NCBI RefSeq assembly: GCF_034521915.1
Contig: NZ_JAXHLU010000009.1
Coordinates: 20,896 to 84,895 of the forward strand
DNA length: 64,000 nt
Reading direction: 5' to 3'
DNA from: Fodinibius sp.
GTDB lineage: Bacteria; Bacteroidota; Rhodothermia; Balneolales; Balneolaceae
The position numbers and the translations under genes are program-made. Position 1 is the first letter of the stretch; each line of letters begins with the position of its first letter. Positions 37,458-48,112 of the stretch are shown here, in pieces. The notes beneath the pieces were generated by a model, which did no database searches, was not told the origin of the DNA, and saw only the letters and a program-made list of their open reading frames with translations.

Positions 37458-38687
37458 TTAATACAAGACCCGAAAACGGATGGTGCCCTCCACATTTTTT
37501 AGCTCATCAATTATTTTTTTGTTGTAGTCAGTATCAATATCGGTAATAACATAACCCACCGTATTATTCGTTTGGAGGTACTGCCCATCAATATTGATGT
37601 CGTACCGAGCCAGAATATTGTTAATGGTGGCCATAATATTCGGCTTGTTGGCATGAATGTGCAGAAACCGGTGGGAGTCCTCAAAGCCAGGCAGCTTCAA
37701 ATTAGGTAGATTTACACTGCCCGAGGTATTACCGGTATTAATGAAATCCATAATTTTATGGGGCACAAAATTTCCGATATGCTCCTGGGCCTCCATCGTG
37801 CTGCCACCAATATGCGGAGTAAGAATAGTGTTGCGTGCCCCGGCCATCACATCTTCAAAAGGTTCGTCATTGGTTTTAGGCTCTTCGGGATATACGTCGA
37901 TGCCGGCGCCTAAAATACGTTTGGAATCGATGGCCTCGCGCAGGGCTTGGGTATCCACTACCTTGCCTCGGGCCAAGTTTAGAAAAATAGCCTCATCGTG
38001 CAGCCAGCTCAGTTCTTCTTCGCCAATGATTCCCTTGTTAGACGGACGTCCATCCACATGTACGCTCACAATATCAACAGTTTTAAACAGCTCTTCCATA
38101 GAAGCGGTACGGGTGGCATTGCCAAGGGGCATCTTGTCTTCCAGATCGTAATAATACACGTCCAGCCCCATAGCTTCGCCCAATACACTCAGCTGGCTAC
38201 CAATGTTGCCGTATCCCAAAATACCCAGCTTTTTACCACGGAGTTCATGGCTATATTTAGCCGACTTTTGCCATTGACCTTGATGCATAGCCATTATTTT
38301 ATCGGGTAAATTGCGAATAAGAAGTACCATTTCGGCAATAGCCAGCTCTACTACACTCCGTGTGTTGCTATATGGCGCATTAAAAACAGCAACACCGTTC
38401 TTAGATGCAGCATCTAAATCAATCTGGTTAGTGCCAATACAAAAGGCTCCAATACACAGCAGGTTTGGGGCGCTGTCAATAACCGATTTCGTCATATCTG
38501 TTTTCGAGCGAATGCCAATAATTTGGGTGCGCTCCAGGGCCTCGTGCAACTCCTCTTCCGACATTGACGAGGTCTGATATGTCACATTGTAGCCCTCCTC
38601 TTCGAATAGCTTTACAGCATCTTTATGGACGCCTTCGAGTAGTAAAACATTAATCTTATGCTTAGGATACGATAATTCTTTTGTCAT
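37458..38687 (-). CDS. serA: D-3-phosphoglycerate dehydrogenase with C-terminal ACT domain
   Basis: GIRSKT, FCIGTNQID, FNAPYSNTRSVVE, GILGYGNIG, NLARG, TPHIGGST, H.NKP ACT motif. Confidence 0.95.
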   Translation of the reverse strand: MTKELSYPKHKINVLLLEGVHKDAVKLFEEEGYNVTYQTSSMSEEELHEALERTQIIGIRSKTDMTKSVIDSAPNLLCIGAFCIGTNQIDLDAASKNGVAVFNAPYSNTRSVVELAIAEMVLLIRNLPDKIMAMHQGQWQKSAKYSHELRGKKLGILGYGNIGSQLSVLGEAMGLDVYYYDLEDKMPLGNATRTASMEELFKTVDIVSVHVDGRPSNKGIIGEEELSWLHDEAIFLNLARGKVVDTQALREAIDSKRILGAGIDVYPEEPKTNDEPFEDVMAGARNTILTPHIGGSTMEAQEHIGNFVPHKIMDFINTGNTSGSVNLPNLKLPGFEDSHRFLHIHANKPNIMATINNILARYDINIDGQYLQTNNTVGYVITDIDTDYNKKIIDELKNVEGTIRFRVLY

Positions 38688-38859
38688 GGTTTTATCTTCT
38701 TAACACTACTGTCTTTTAAAAAGTTAATATAATTAGATAACATATCTTAGCTAGAAAGAGGGAATGTAACTAAATTAATTCGAGGCCAAAAAAATTTAGA
38801 TGCAACGCTTTTTGTTTTTACAGAAAACCATTTTAGCAGCCCCGCAATTTTAACTTTAC

Positions 38860-39666
38860 TCAGGCAGGAAGCAGCTTTGTAAAGCAAACAATACCTTTTG
38901 TAAACTGTTCAGCAATCGAAAACCCGGCACGATCAAACATTTGATTACTTTCATCCACCGTCCAAAATGATAAACCACCCAAACCGGCAGAATCCTGTAA
39001 TAGGCGAATATACCACGTCGGTGATTTCACTAAATGCATCATAAAAAAAGTACCATCCTTTTTAATTACGCGCCGAGCCTCATACAATACTTTTATCGGA
39101 TCGGTAAGCTCATTAAGTGTCCCACCCATCATCAGCCCGTCAAACGTTGCTCCAAAGAAGGGAAGGTATCGTGCATCAGCTCGAAGCAAATAGAGATCTA
39201 CATGTTCGGTCTCCCCCTTTAAGCGTGCTTCCTCAAGCATTTGTCGAGAAAAATCGAGGGCTACCACATCACATTGGGGCTGCTCCTTTTTAACCAACCG
39301 ACCGTAAAGTGCCGTTGAGCAACCAATATCCATATATAGTTTATTGGCTTGAGGATTAAGCCAGTCGATAAGAAGCTCTTGCTCTTTTTGAATGGGGAAC
39401 TCTTCTCCAGTTAAGATAGAAAGCGATCGTTTTCGCCAGATATCTTCATAAACAGCAGCGGTTAACTTCCAATGATTTGAGCTTTGTGCCCAGGTCATTT
39501 CTGATGACTCATCCCCCAATAAATCGATTACATTTCCGTCAATTTCATATTCATCCCCTTTATTCGAACAAATAGTTCCATTAAAGTTTTTCTGCAGATC
39601 AGCAACTTCTGAAGGGATTGTTATGGACGCGCGCTCATATTTGGGAGACCGGATTTCAAGAGACAT
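38860..39666 (-). CDS. Class I SAM-dependent methyltransferase
   Basis: YMDIGCSTALY, ALDFSRQML, RADARYLPF..FD. Confidence 0.85.
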   Translation of the reverse strand: MSLEIRSPKYERASITIPSEVADLQKNFNGTICSNKGDEYEIDGNVIDLLGDESSEMTWAQSSNHWKLTAAVYEDIWRKRSLSILTGEEFPIQKEQELLIDWLNPQANKLYMDIGCSTALYGRLVKKEQPQCDVVALDFSRQMLEEARLKGETEHVDLYLLRADARYLPFFGATFDGLMMGGTLNELTDPIKVLYEARRVIKKDGTFFMMHLVKSPTWYIRLLQDSAGLGGLSFWTVDESNQMFDRAGFSIAEQFTKGIVCFTKLLPA

Positions 39667-39751
39667 AGTGGATTATAACCGTTAATATTCAAGATATGAT
39701 ACTTGCGTATTCAATCTTACTCAAAGTAATACGCAAACAATTAGATAGGTG

Positions 39752-40558
39752 TTACAATTCTTGTTGACTCTCTTTTTGAAGAATCAATGAAATTTGAGCT
39801 CCCTTTTGAACACTCAACATTTCTTCGGCATTTCCTTTATTGATCCCAACTTCAAGCATCCCAGAACTACCTATATAGGCCACCGGCTCACCTTCGGTAA
39901 CTTCACCAAAGGTTTTTTCAATCTCATCAAGAATAGTATTTCCCACATAGATGCGTACGTTTTTATCCCCAATAACTTCTTCCAACAGTTCTTCTGAAAT
40001 ATTAGTTATCAGATTGCCGAATTTATCTATATGAATAACCATACCCTCTAATCCGTCCTTGTCGGCAATGGGCACGGTCCAACGATAGCTAACCAAATCC
40101 TCAGCCGGATCTCCAAGCTCTTCTAACGCTACGCCCTGACTTAAGTGAGCAGCAACAGGAGCAAATATATCACGACCGTGAAAGGTATTTGAAGGATCGT
40201 CTCTCCAATACTCTTCGTTTGTCAACCGAACAGCTTTATAATCAACATCCGTGGCAAGAAGGGAAAAAATACCATTGTCGGGACCAACAAAATATTGGTC
40301 CGCCATTTTCAGGGCAATCGCATCACGGTCTGTTCCCACCCCCGGATCAACAACAACGGTATGTACCGTTCCCTTTGGAAAAAGCATAGCCGAATTTTTC
40401 AGGATCCAAGAGCCGGCCATAATATCCTGCGAGGGGATCTCATGGGATATGTCAACCAACCGAACATCTGGTGCGATATTCAGCATGGCAGCTTTCATGG
40501 CACCCACATAGTAATCCTGCAGACCGAAATCTGTGGTAAGAGTAATCACATTACGCAT
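39752..40558 (-). CDS. SAM hydroxide adenosyltransferase family (DUF62)
   Basis: ITLTTDFG, VVVDPGVGTDR, FVGPDNG, TFHGRDIFAP, IDKFGN; 8-bp overlap with the end of dnaN. Confidence 0.9.
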   Translation of the reverse strand: MRNVITLTTDFGLQDYYVGAMKAAMLNIAPDVRLVDISHEIPSQDIMAGSWILKNSAMLFPKGTVHTVVVDPGVGTDRDAIALKMADQYFVGPDNGIFSLLATDVDYKAVRLTNEEYWRDDPSNTFHGRDIFAPVAAHLSQGVALEELGDPAEDLVSYRWTVPIADKDGLEGMVIHIDKFGNLITNISEELLEEVIGDKNVRIYVGNTILDEIEKTFGEVTEGEPVAYIGSSGMLEVGINKGNAEEMLSVQKGAQISLILQKESQQEL

Positions 40559-41666
40559 AGGTATTAAGCATCACCGGCATAACAAGCATCAGAATGCGCT
40601 CGTTTTCTTCCTCTTCTGATGGTTTTACAATTCCAGCCCTGTTGGGAGTAGAAAATTCAAAATAGACCTCCTCATCATCAACATTTCCTAATACATCAGC
40701 CAGATATTTAGCATTAAAGCCAATCTCCATTTCTTCGTCGCTGTATTCGCAGGCAATCGTTTCTTTTGCCTCGCTGCTCATATCAATATCCTCAGCCCTA
40801 ATAGTTAGCTGATCGGAATTGAGCTGCAAGCGAATTTGTCGTGTTGTTGAACTCGAGAAAATAGCCACACGCTTCACCGTAGCCAGCATCTGCTCTTTGT
40901 TGATAATCAGCGTCTTTTCATTGTCTTTGGGAATAACCGACTCGTAATTAGGATATTGCTCGTTTATAAGCCGTGTAATTACAATTGTATTTCCACTTTT
41001 AAATCGGGCGTGATCTTCAGTAATGGTAAGCGCACACTCTTCATCGTGCAGCGCCTTCTTCACCAAGTTTAACGCCTTTTCGGGTACAATAAAATCAACC
41101 TCTTTATCGCTGGTGAGATCTTCTTTGATATACTTTACCAAACGGTGTCCATCGGTAGCTACAAACTTGCTTTCTTCCGGTCCGATATCAAAATAAACGC
41201 CCATCATAGCGGGACGCAGATCATCATTGGAAACAGCAAAAAGCGTTTTATCAATCGCTGTAGTAATTACTCCCTTATCGGTTTCAAGGGTATGTCCCTC
41301 GTCAAGGTTGGGAACCTCGGGAAACTCATCGGGATCCTCACCCACAAGCTTATAGGTTCCCTTGTCCGTTCGAAACTTAATATTGAATTTTTCATCTACC
41401 TGAAAAGAAACGGGAATATCCGGCAACTGTCTCAGGGTTTCTATCAAACGATGAGCAGGAATTGCCACCGCACCACCTTCGTCAATATCGGCATTCATCG
41501 ATTCAAGGATAGAAATTTCGAGATCCGTAGCGGTAAGGCGCAGCTTATCTCCATCGCTTTCAAACAAAATAGTTTCAAGAATAGGAAGTGTCGCCTTATT
41601 CGGCACCGCCCCTGATACAGCGGATAATGCTTTTACCAGTTCACTGCTTGATACGTTGAATTTCAT
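40551..41666 (-). CDS. dnaN: DNA polymerase III beta clamp
   Basis: LPILETILF, LTATDLEIS, DDLRPAMMGV, VATDGHRL, YPNYESVIP, IGFNAKYL, MLVMPV. Confidence 0.97.
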   Translation of the reverse strand: MKFNVSSSELVKALSAVSGAVPNKATLPILETILFESDGDKLRLTATDLEISILESMNADIDEGGAVAIPAHRLIETLRQLPDIPVSFQVDEKFNIKFRTDKGTYKLVGEDPDEFPEVPNLDEGHTLETDKGVITTAIDKTLFAVSNDDLRPAMMGVYFDIGPEESKFVATDGHRLVKYIKEDLTSDKEVDFIVPEKALNLVKKALHDEECALTITEDHARFKSGNTIVITRLINEQYPNYESVIPKDNEKTLIINKEQMLATVKRVAIFSSSTTRQIRLQLNSDQLTIRAEDIDMSSEAKETIACEYSDEEMEIGFNAKYLADVLGNVDDEEVYFEFSTPNRAGIVKPSEEEENERILMLVMPVMLNTYA

Positions 41667-41893
41667 AAATAATTATTTTTAGGCTAAGCGTTCGACAGAC
41701 CTCAATTATTAGTCTGAATAATAAGTACCATATACTAATAAATACTTGCTCTCTTAGCAACCATTTAACCCATGCTTTCTACTACTAATTTTATGACGCT
41801 TTACCCCTATCAATTCTACTAGACAGGATATACACATCCTCCAAAAATGGATGGAATTTTCCTTATATTTTGTCTCGTAAAAATTTGAGTTAA

Positions 41894-42838
41894 GTGATTC
41901 CGTATAACGTGCAGATACTTTTATTGGGACCTACTGCCGTAGGCAAAACCGCTCTCTCAATTGAGCTGGCCCAAGCACTCGATGCCGAAATTATATCTAC
42001 CGATTCCAGGCAATGTTATAAATACATGAATATCGGCACTGCTACCCCTACCGAAAAAGAGCAATCGGGTATACCGCACTACAATTTATCTATCATCGAT
42101 CCCGCCACTAAAGACAGTGTCGTCCATTTTTATGAGCGGGCTATGGAGTGGAAAAACGACATACAGTCGCGTGGCAAAAACGTATTATATGTTGGCGGAA
42201 GTACTTTGCACGTGCAATGTGTTATCCAACCGCTGGATGATGTCCCCGAGTCTAACGAAAAAAACATTGCTAAACTTGAGAAACAGATCGAAAACGAGGG
42301 CATCAAAAAGCTATATCAAAAACTACAAGAGGTTGATCCCGATTACGCACAAAATATGGACGGGATGAATACCCAGCGTATTGTTCGCGCTCTCGATGTA
42401 TGGATGCAAACCGGCCACCCGTTTAGCTCTTTTCATTCTGATAACGATACGATATCTGTTCCCGAAGACATGATGGTTTTTGGATTACATCGCGATCGCC
42501 AAAAACTATACGACCGAATAAACCACAGGGTAGATCAGATGTTTGAACAAGGATTTCTGGACGAAGTTCGCACAATTCTTGATATGGGATATACGTTGGA
42601 AGATCCGGGCTTAAACACGGTTGGATATAAAGAAGCGATTGCTTATTTGAATGATGAAATATCCCGAGAACAGATGATTAATGACATGAAAACCCAAACC
42701 CGACGCTATGCCAAGCGGCAGCTTTCGTGGTTTCGGCGTTGGGATTTTATTAACTGGATCGACCTGGATCAAAAAAACAAATCTGAGGCTCGTAATTTTA
42801 TCCAGTCGCAGTTAGCAGCTAAGGCAAATAAAGATTAA
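41894..42838 (+). CDS. miaA: tRNA dimethylallyltransferase
   Basis: GPTAVGKT, STDSRQCY, VGGSTL, RIVRAL, VGYKE, TRRYAKRQLSW. Confidence 0.96.
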   Translation: MIPYNVQILLLGPTAVGKTALSIELAQALDAEIISTDSRQCYKYMNIGTATPTEKEQSGIPHYNLSIIDPATKDSVVHFYERAMEWKNDIQSRGKNVLYVGGSTLHVQCVIQPLDDVPESNEKNIAKLEKQIENEGIKKLYQKLQEVDPDYAQNMDGMNTQRIVRALDVWMQTGHPFSSFHSDNDTISVPEDMMVFGLHRDRQKLYDRINHRVDQMFEQGFLDEVRTILDMGYTLEDPGLNTVGYKEAIAYLNDEISREQMINDMKTQTRRYAKRQLSWFRRWDFINWIDLDQKNKSEARNFIQSQLAAKANKD

Positions 42839-42875
42839 CTTTACCCTCATTGAAACCGCATAATTTTACACAAGC

Positions 42876-43124
42876 ATGTATAAGGCTACCGTAAACGTTA
42901 CACTTCGTAAATCAATTCTTGACCCGCAAGGCAAAGCAGCGCATAATGCGCTAAAAAATCTTGGCCTAAATGAGGTTAACCAAGTTCGTATTGGCAAACT
43001 AATTGAGCTCGATATTGATGCTGATAACAAAGAAGAGGCACACAAAGTTGCCGAAACAGCGTGTTCGAAATTACTTGCCAACGAGGTTATGGAAGACTTT
43101 GAAATCGAGATTCACGAAAACTAA
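42876..43124 (+). CDS. purS: Phosphoribosylformylglycinamidine synthase subunit PurS
   Basis: ILDPQGKA, VRIGK, LLANEVMEDF. Confidence 0.95.
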   Translation: MYKATVNVTLRKSILDPQGKAAHNALKNLGLNEVNQVRIGKLIELDIDADNKEEAHKVAETACSKLLANEVMEDFEIEIHEN

Positions 43125-43136
43125 TTAGCTATAGCT

Positions 43137-43475
43137 ATGAACCATCTGCCTTTTAGCTCATTAGGATCTGATTCGGGTGCCCAGGAAGAGGAAGCTCCCG
43201 ATATCGATGTTGACGTTCTCGAAAAGGAAGAAGAGGACGAGGAGGAAAAGTCTCCCTGGAGAGTAATCCTCTATGACGATGACATTCATACATTTGACGA
43301 AGTTATCGGCCAGCTCATTAAAGCCCTCGGATGCACCCAGGATCACGCCGAAGAGTTAACATACAAAGTACATAACGAGGGTAAGGCCGAAGTCTACGAA
43401 GGCAGCTTTGAAGATTGTTTTGAAGTCAACGGCGTGCTCAAAGAAATTCAACTTGTCACCGAAATAAAAGGATAA
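43137..43475 (+). CDS. clpS: ATP-dependent Clp protease adaptor ClpS
   Basis: WRVILYDDDIHTFDEVI, AEELTYKVHNEGKA; acidic N-terminal extension. Confidence 0.88.
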   Translation: MNHLPFSSLGSDSGAQEEEAPDIDVDVLEKEEEDEEEKSPWRVILYDDDIHTFDEVIGQLIKALGCTQDHAEELTYKVHNEGKAEVYEGSFEDCFEVNGVLKEIQLVTEIKG

Positions 43476-43478
43476 ACT

Positions 43479-44180
43479 GTGTCTGCTACATTTGGCGTAA
43501 TTGTATTTCCCGGCTCTAACTGCGATCACGATGCGTACCATGCCATGGCTCATGTCATGAACGCTGAAACGAAATTCCTATGGCATAAAGATACCGATCT
43601 TTCGGATATCGATTTTTTGTTGATACCCGGCGGATTTTCGTACGGAGATTATCTCCGCTCTGGTGCCATTGCCCGTTTTTCACCTATCATGCAATCAGTT
43701 ATTGAATTTGCTGAAAAGGGCGGCCCCGTACTGGGTATCTGCAACGGATTTCAGATCCTGCTGGAGGCCGGACTCCTGCCCGGAGCGATGCTACACAATA
43801 AGGATTTACGTTTCGTTTGCAAGCAAACACATCTGCGCTGCGAAACATCTGATACGCTCTTCACCCGAAATATTGAGGAGGGTAGCGTTCTGCAGATTCC
43901 CGTAGCTCACGGCGAGGGAAATTACTTTACGGATAAAGATCAATTAAAAAAGCTTCAGGATAACGATCAGATTGTCTTTCGCTATTGTGATTCCCAAGGT
44001 AATGTTACCGACGAAGCCAACTTTAACGGATCTGTCGATAACATCGCCGGAATTTGTAATACCCGGCGTAATATTCTTGGAATGATGCCTCATCCCGAAC
44101 GTGCCGTAGAACAACTTATTGGGTCTGATGACGGTAAGCGTATTTTTGAATCTGTTCTGAATGAACTCGCTGTTGCATAA
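43479..44180 (+). CDS. purQ: Phosphoribosylformylglycinamidine synthase glutaminase subunit PurQ
   Basis: [46 protein letters not shown]. Confidence 0.97.
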   Translation: MSATFGVIVFPGSNCDHDAYHAMAHVMNAETKFLWHKDTDLSDIDFLLIPGGFSYGDYLRSGAIARFSPIMQSVIEFAEKGGPVLGICNGFQILLEAGLLPGAMLHNKDLRFVCKQTHLRCETSDTLFTRNIEEGSVLQIPVAHGEGNYFTDKDQLKKLQDNDQIVFRYCDSQGNVTDEANFNGSVDNIAGICNTRRNILGMMPHPERAVEQLIGSDDGKRIFESVLNELAVA

Positions 44181-44198
44181 ACCGGCAACAATTATTTT

Positions 44199-44966
44199 AT
44201 GTCCAAACAATCATCCAACAAAACGCTTTACAGCCGTGGGCTTACCAAAAGTTATAAAAAGCGTACGGTTGTTTCGGATGTATCCATCGATGTAACACAG
44301 GGAGAAATTGTTGGGCTTCTTGGGCCAAACGGAGCGGGAAAAACAACAACCTTTTACATGTTTGTCGGATTAGTAACCCCCGATAGCGGTGAAATTTTTC
44401 TGGATGACAAGAACCTCACGGGCATGCCGATGTATAAACGAGCTCGTCTTGGGGTTGGCTATCTCTCTCAAGAGGCGAGCGTATTCCGCAACTTAACCGT
44501 CCGGGAGAATCTCGAATCCATTCTCCAATTCTTTGACTTTACTAACCAGGAAATTAATGAACGTGTTGAACAGCTAATAGAAGAATTTGGATTGGAACGC
44601 GTGGTAGACAGCAAAGGATACAGCCTGTCGGGCGGAGAGCGGCGCCGAACCGAGATCGCCCGGGCCCTTGTCACTGATCCGAAATTTATCCTCTTAGACG
44701 AGCCTTTTGCCGGCGTTGATCCCATTGCCGTTGAAGATATTCAAGAAATTGTAGCTGAACTTAAATACCGTAATATCGGTATTTTTATTACTGATCATAA
44801 CGTACACGAAACCCTTGCAATTACTGATCGAGCTTACCTATTGTTTGAAGGCAACATTCTAAAGGAAGGAACAGCTGATGAACTGGCTGAAGATGAAGAA
44901 GCTAAACGGCTCTATCTCGGGAATCAGTTTAAGCTGGATCGCTACGGGCGACAACAAGAAGAGTGA
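44199..44966 (+). CDS. lptB: LPS export ABC transporter ATP-binding protein
   Basis: [58 protein letters not shown]. Confidence 0.95.
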   Translation: MSKQSSNKTLYSRGLTKSYKKRTVVSDVSIDVTQGEIVGLLGPNGAGKTTTFYMFVGLVTPDSGEIFLDDKNLTGMPMYKRARLGVGYLSQEASVFRNLTVRENLESILQFFDFTNQEINERVEQLIEEFGLERVVDSKGYSLSGGERRRTEIARALVTDPKFILLDEPFAGVDPIAVEDIQEIVAELKYRNIGIFITDHNVHETLAITDRAYLLFEGNILKEGTADELAEDEEAKRLYLGNQFKLDRYGRQQEE

Positions 44967-45008
44967 CACGACTTAATTTTAAATCCCAAAAATTACGAAC
45001 TTAATAGA

Positions 45009-45341
45009 ATGGATGAGATTACTGTTCAATCACTAAAAGAAAAAATTGATGATGATCAGAATAACTTTCTCCTTTTGGATGTTCGTGAACCTTTCGAGCA
45101 ATATCAGTCTAAGATTGATATTGAAAACTCTGTATTAATACCTGTCGGTGAACTAAAAGACAGAATTGATGAGCTTGAAGATCACAAAGATAATGAGATC
45201 ATCTGTCTTTGCCGCAGCGGTGGACGAAGTGCCCAGGCATGCGAGTTTCTGCAAGAGAAAGGTTTTGAGAATGTAAAGAATCTTAAAGGCGGTATTAACA
45301 AATGGGCACGGGAAATTGATAACAGCCTACCCGTTTATTAA
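45009..45341 (+). CDS. Rhodanese-like domain protein
   Basis: LLDVREPFE, CRSGGRSA, NLKGGINKW. Confidence 0.9.
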   Translation: MDEITVQSLKEKIDDDQNNFLLLDVREPFEQYQSKIDIENSVLIPVGELKDRIDELEDHKDNEIICLCRSGGRSAQACEFLQEKGFENVKNLKGGINKWAREIDNSLPVY

Positions 45342-46534
45342 ACCATTGCCGCAATCTGATTGAGCAGCTCCTCGTTGCTATCGGTATTTCCTAGTACTTT
45401 TAGCAGACTCTGCATCGATTCTTTCGGTGATTTCTTGAGCAGATAACGGCGTACCATATTCCGCTCTTCCATAGAATCCTCAATGAACTTGTCTTCATTT
45501 CGAGTTCCCGATGCGCTAATATTTATAGCGGGATAAATACGATCGTTTGCAAGCTCACGGTCAAGCACAACCTCCATATTACCAGTTCCTTTAAACTCCT
45601 CAAAAATAAGATCGTCCATTCGGGAATTGGTCTCAATAAGACAGGTGGCAATTATTGTTAACGATCCGCCCCCCTCAATTTTCCGGGCCGAACCGAATAT
45701 CTTCTTAGGAATTTCAAGTGCACGTATATCCAATCCACCCGAAAGAGTACGTCCACTGCTTTCCTGAATATTATTATAGGCTCGACCTAACCGCGTTAGA
45801 GAATCAATAAGCAAGACCGCATCATCCCCCATTTCAGCCTTGCGTTTAACATACCCAAGAGCCAATTCGGTAATTCTTATATGACTGTCGGTCGGTTTAT
45901 CATTTGAAGAGGCGAAAACTTCTGCATCTGTTGATCTGAGGAAATCGGTAACCTCTTCGGGGCGCTCATCCACCAATAATATACCGGTACTAATATCCGG
46001 ATGATTTTTAGTTAGTGATTCAGCAATTTTTTTCAAAAGCACTGTTTTACCGGTTCGTGGCGGCGCTACAAGCAAACCACGCTGTCCTTTACCAATAGGA
46101 GCAATTAAATCCATCACTCTCATCTCAATATCATCGGGATCAACACCCAGCTCAATATGCTCATTAGGCATAATGGGAGTCTGCAACTCAAAACGGGTAG
46201 CCCGCTGCCACTCCATAGGGTCACGTCCATTTATCTTCTCAATGGAATAAATATGGCGATGTCCTCTTTCATCCTCTTCGTACTCACCTTCAATTTCCAG
46301 CCCGGGGCGGAGGTTATGTTTTTTTACCTCATTGGGTCTTAGAAATGGGTCACTCGGTTCATAGCTGAATTCATGGTCTTTTTCCCGAGCAAATCCGTAA
46401 TTCTTTTCATTAATTTCGACTACGCCTTTATATCGACCGGCTACTTCCACATTTTTATTATCATTAAATCGAGGCACAAAAACATTCTTATTTTTGTTGC
46501 GACCGCGATTTTTATTATTTCGTGAACGTCCCAT
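45338..46534 (-). CDS. rho: Transcription termination factor Rho, short form
   Basis: Likely ATG at 46534; PIGKGQRGLLVAPPRTGKT, LVDERPEEVTDF, DSLTRLGRAYN, GRTLSGGLD, FEEFKGTGNME, YPAINISASGTR; lacks the N-terminal helical bundle. Confidence 0.88.
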   Translation of the reverse strand: MGRSRNNKNRGRNKNKNVFVPRFNDNKNVEVAGRYKGVVEINEKNYGFAREKDHEFSYEPSDPFLRPNEVKKHNLRPGLEIEGEYEEDERGHRHIYSIEKINGRDPMEWQRATRFELQTPIMPNEHIELGVDPDDIEMRVMDLIAPIGKGQRGLLVAPPRTGKTVLLKKIAESLTKNHPDISTGILLVDERPEEVTDFLRSTDAEVFASSNDKPTDSHIRITELALGYVKRKAEMGDDAVLLIDSLTRLGRAYNNIQESSGRTLSGGLDIRALEIPKKIFGSARKIEGGGSLTIIATCLIETNSRMDDLIFEEFKGTGNMEVVLDRELANDRIYPAINISASGTRNEDKFIEDSMEERNMVRRYLLKKSPKESMQSLLKVLGNTDSNEELLNQIAAMV

Positions 46535-46638
46535 TACATCCAATAGTTTACTTATTACCTACGTATCTGTTTTTATAAAAATCCAAGCTATTAACACAGA
46601 GGGCAGGAATGTGATTGTGATTTAAGAATTGAGAGGTG

Positions 46639-46671
46639 AAAAAAGCAGTACAGCTCAATAGGCTGTACTGC
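46639..46671 (-). terminator. Intrinsic terminator after the TPR gene, upstream of rho
   Basis: 10-bp stem gcagtacagc / gctgtactgc, followed on the minus strand by TTTTTT. Confidence 0.8.
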
Positions 46672-46716
46672 CAAATCGAATAGATAAAGATAATAATCTT
46701 TACCGTTATTTAAAAC

Positions 46717-48054
46717 TTATCGAACCGTTGTTGTTTCATTGATCCAGCCATAGCACTTCATCAAGGAAGAATCAATTTTGAAGCTTTCGCCTTCCTCCAA
46801 AGGTGGTTTCCAGAAAAATTTCTCTGACTTTGTAGGAATTACCGGTTTATAAGCCTGATACTTTCGATCCACTTCATTAGCCGCATTAGGATCGACTTGC
46901 TCAGCTTTATCCAAATAGTCTAATACTAACCAGTAAACAGCTTTATCTTCGGGCGTAAGCTTTCGATCACTCGAGCATTGACTTACCGCTCGAGCATAAA
47001 TATCAGCAATCTGGATATAAGGATCGCCCCAGTTATTGCTATAATCAATGGCCTGACGAGCAAAACTGCGCGCACTTTGCAATTGATCTTGGTTTAGATA
47101 TGCATCAGAGATATTTAAGGCTATATCAGCCTTTTCTTTGTCAGTTGATGCCTTATCCATCGCTTCCTTAAAATACTTGATGGACGTATTGTAATTGGCA
47201 TTATTTTTAGAAGCTTCAGCTACAGCCATTGTATTTTCGAAATTGGGATTTAAATCATACAGCTTTTGACTTACTTCTCGTGCTTTTGCAGCCATATCCT
47301 GGTTTTGATATACCTCCCGCAACTTCGTTAACACTTCTTCATCCTTGGGATTGTTTTTCAATTCACTTTCTAAAAAAGCAATTTGCTCCTCCGGTGAATC
47401 GAATAGGTCTTCTCTTATATCACTAAAAGAATTCAACAATTTCTCAGAAGCATGCGGCTCTGCTTTTTTCATCACAGCTAAAGCTGCATCTTTTTTACCG
47501 GCAGAAGAAAACTCATTAAGTATTCTTTGTATGTAATATCCTTTCGCTCTTTTGGTCAGCTCCTCCGGTTTCAGCTGAAAAGCCTTATAATAATCTTCTG
47601 CGGCACGCATCGGAGCATTCTCAACGAGATCAGAATGAGTTTGAAGCATTCGGCCTCTTTTTATATACCAGTCATATTTTGCATCTGTATCGTCTGAGAA
47701 TTTTTCAAATGCCCGGTCAAAAATTAAAAGAGCCGTATCAACATACGCTTCCTTAAGAGTAGGATCTTGTTTTTTCTTAGCTACTTCACTATAAGCGGTA
47801 GTAAGTCGATCGATTTGCCGCTTAAGCTCAAATCGAGAATACCCTTCAATGGTTTCTGGCATGGCTTGCCACATCCAGCGGCCGAACTTAATAGCCTCTT
47901 CAAAAGAGTCATTCTTATAATTCTCATAAAAAATTGAATAAGCTTGTATCTCACTCATTCCACTCGGTGGCTGAACAGGAGATTGTTCGGACTGCGCCAA
48001 CGACCAGCTACTACCTAAAAAGATAAAAGCAGTTATTAATATTAACTTTTTCAT
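46717..48054 (-). CDS. Secreted tetratricopeptide-repeat protein
   Basis: Signal peptide; helical A/Y-rich repeats; C-terminal AVYWLVLDYLDKA. Confidence 0.8.
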   Translation of the reverse strand: MKKLILITAFIFLGSSWSLAQSEQSPVQPPSGMSEIQAYSIFYENYKNDSFEEAIKFGRWMWQAMPETIEGYSRFELKRQIDRLTTAYSEVAKKKQDPTLKEAYVDTALLIFDRAFEKFSDDTDAKYDWYIKRGRMLQTHSDLVENAPMRAAEDYYKAFQLKPEELTKRAKGYYIQRILNEFSSAGKKDAALAVMKKAEPHASEKLLNSFSDIREDLFDSPEEQIAFLESELKNNPKDEEVLTKLREVYQNQDMAAKAREVSQKLYDLNPNFENTMAVAEASKNNANYNTSIKYFKEAMDKASTDKEKADIALNISDAYLNQDQLQSARSFARQAIDYSNNWGDPYIQIADIYARAVSQCSSDRKLTPEDKAVYWLVLDYLDKAEQVDPNAANEVDRKYQAYKPVIPTKSEKFFWKPPLEEGESFKIDSSLMKCYGWINETTTVR

Positions 48055-48112
48055 AATGCTGACATTTTACTGTATGGTTCAAGTTGTAAACTAATACTAA
48101 AGCAATTTATTG

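Noticed and set aside
39752-40558. True fluorinase or chlorinase
   Set aside because: It keeps the Asp..Arg (DPGVGTDR) and His (TFHGRD) residues characteristic of SAM hydroxide adenosyltransferases; no halometabolite cluster around it.
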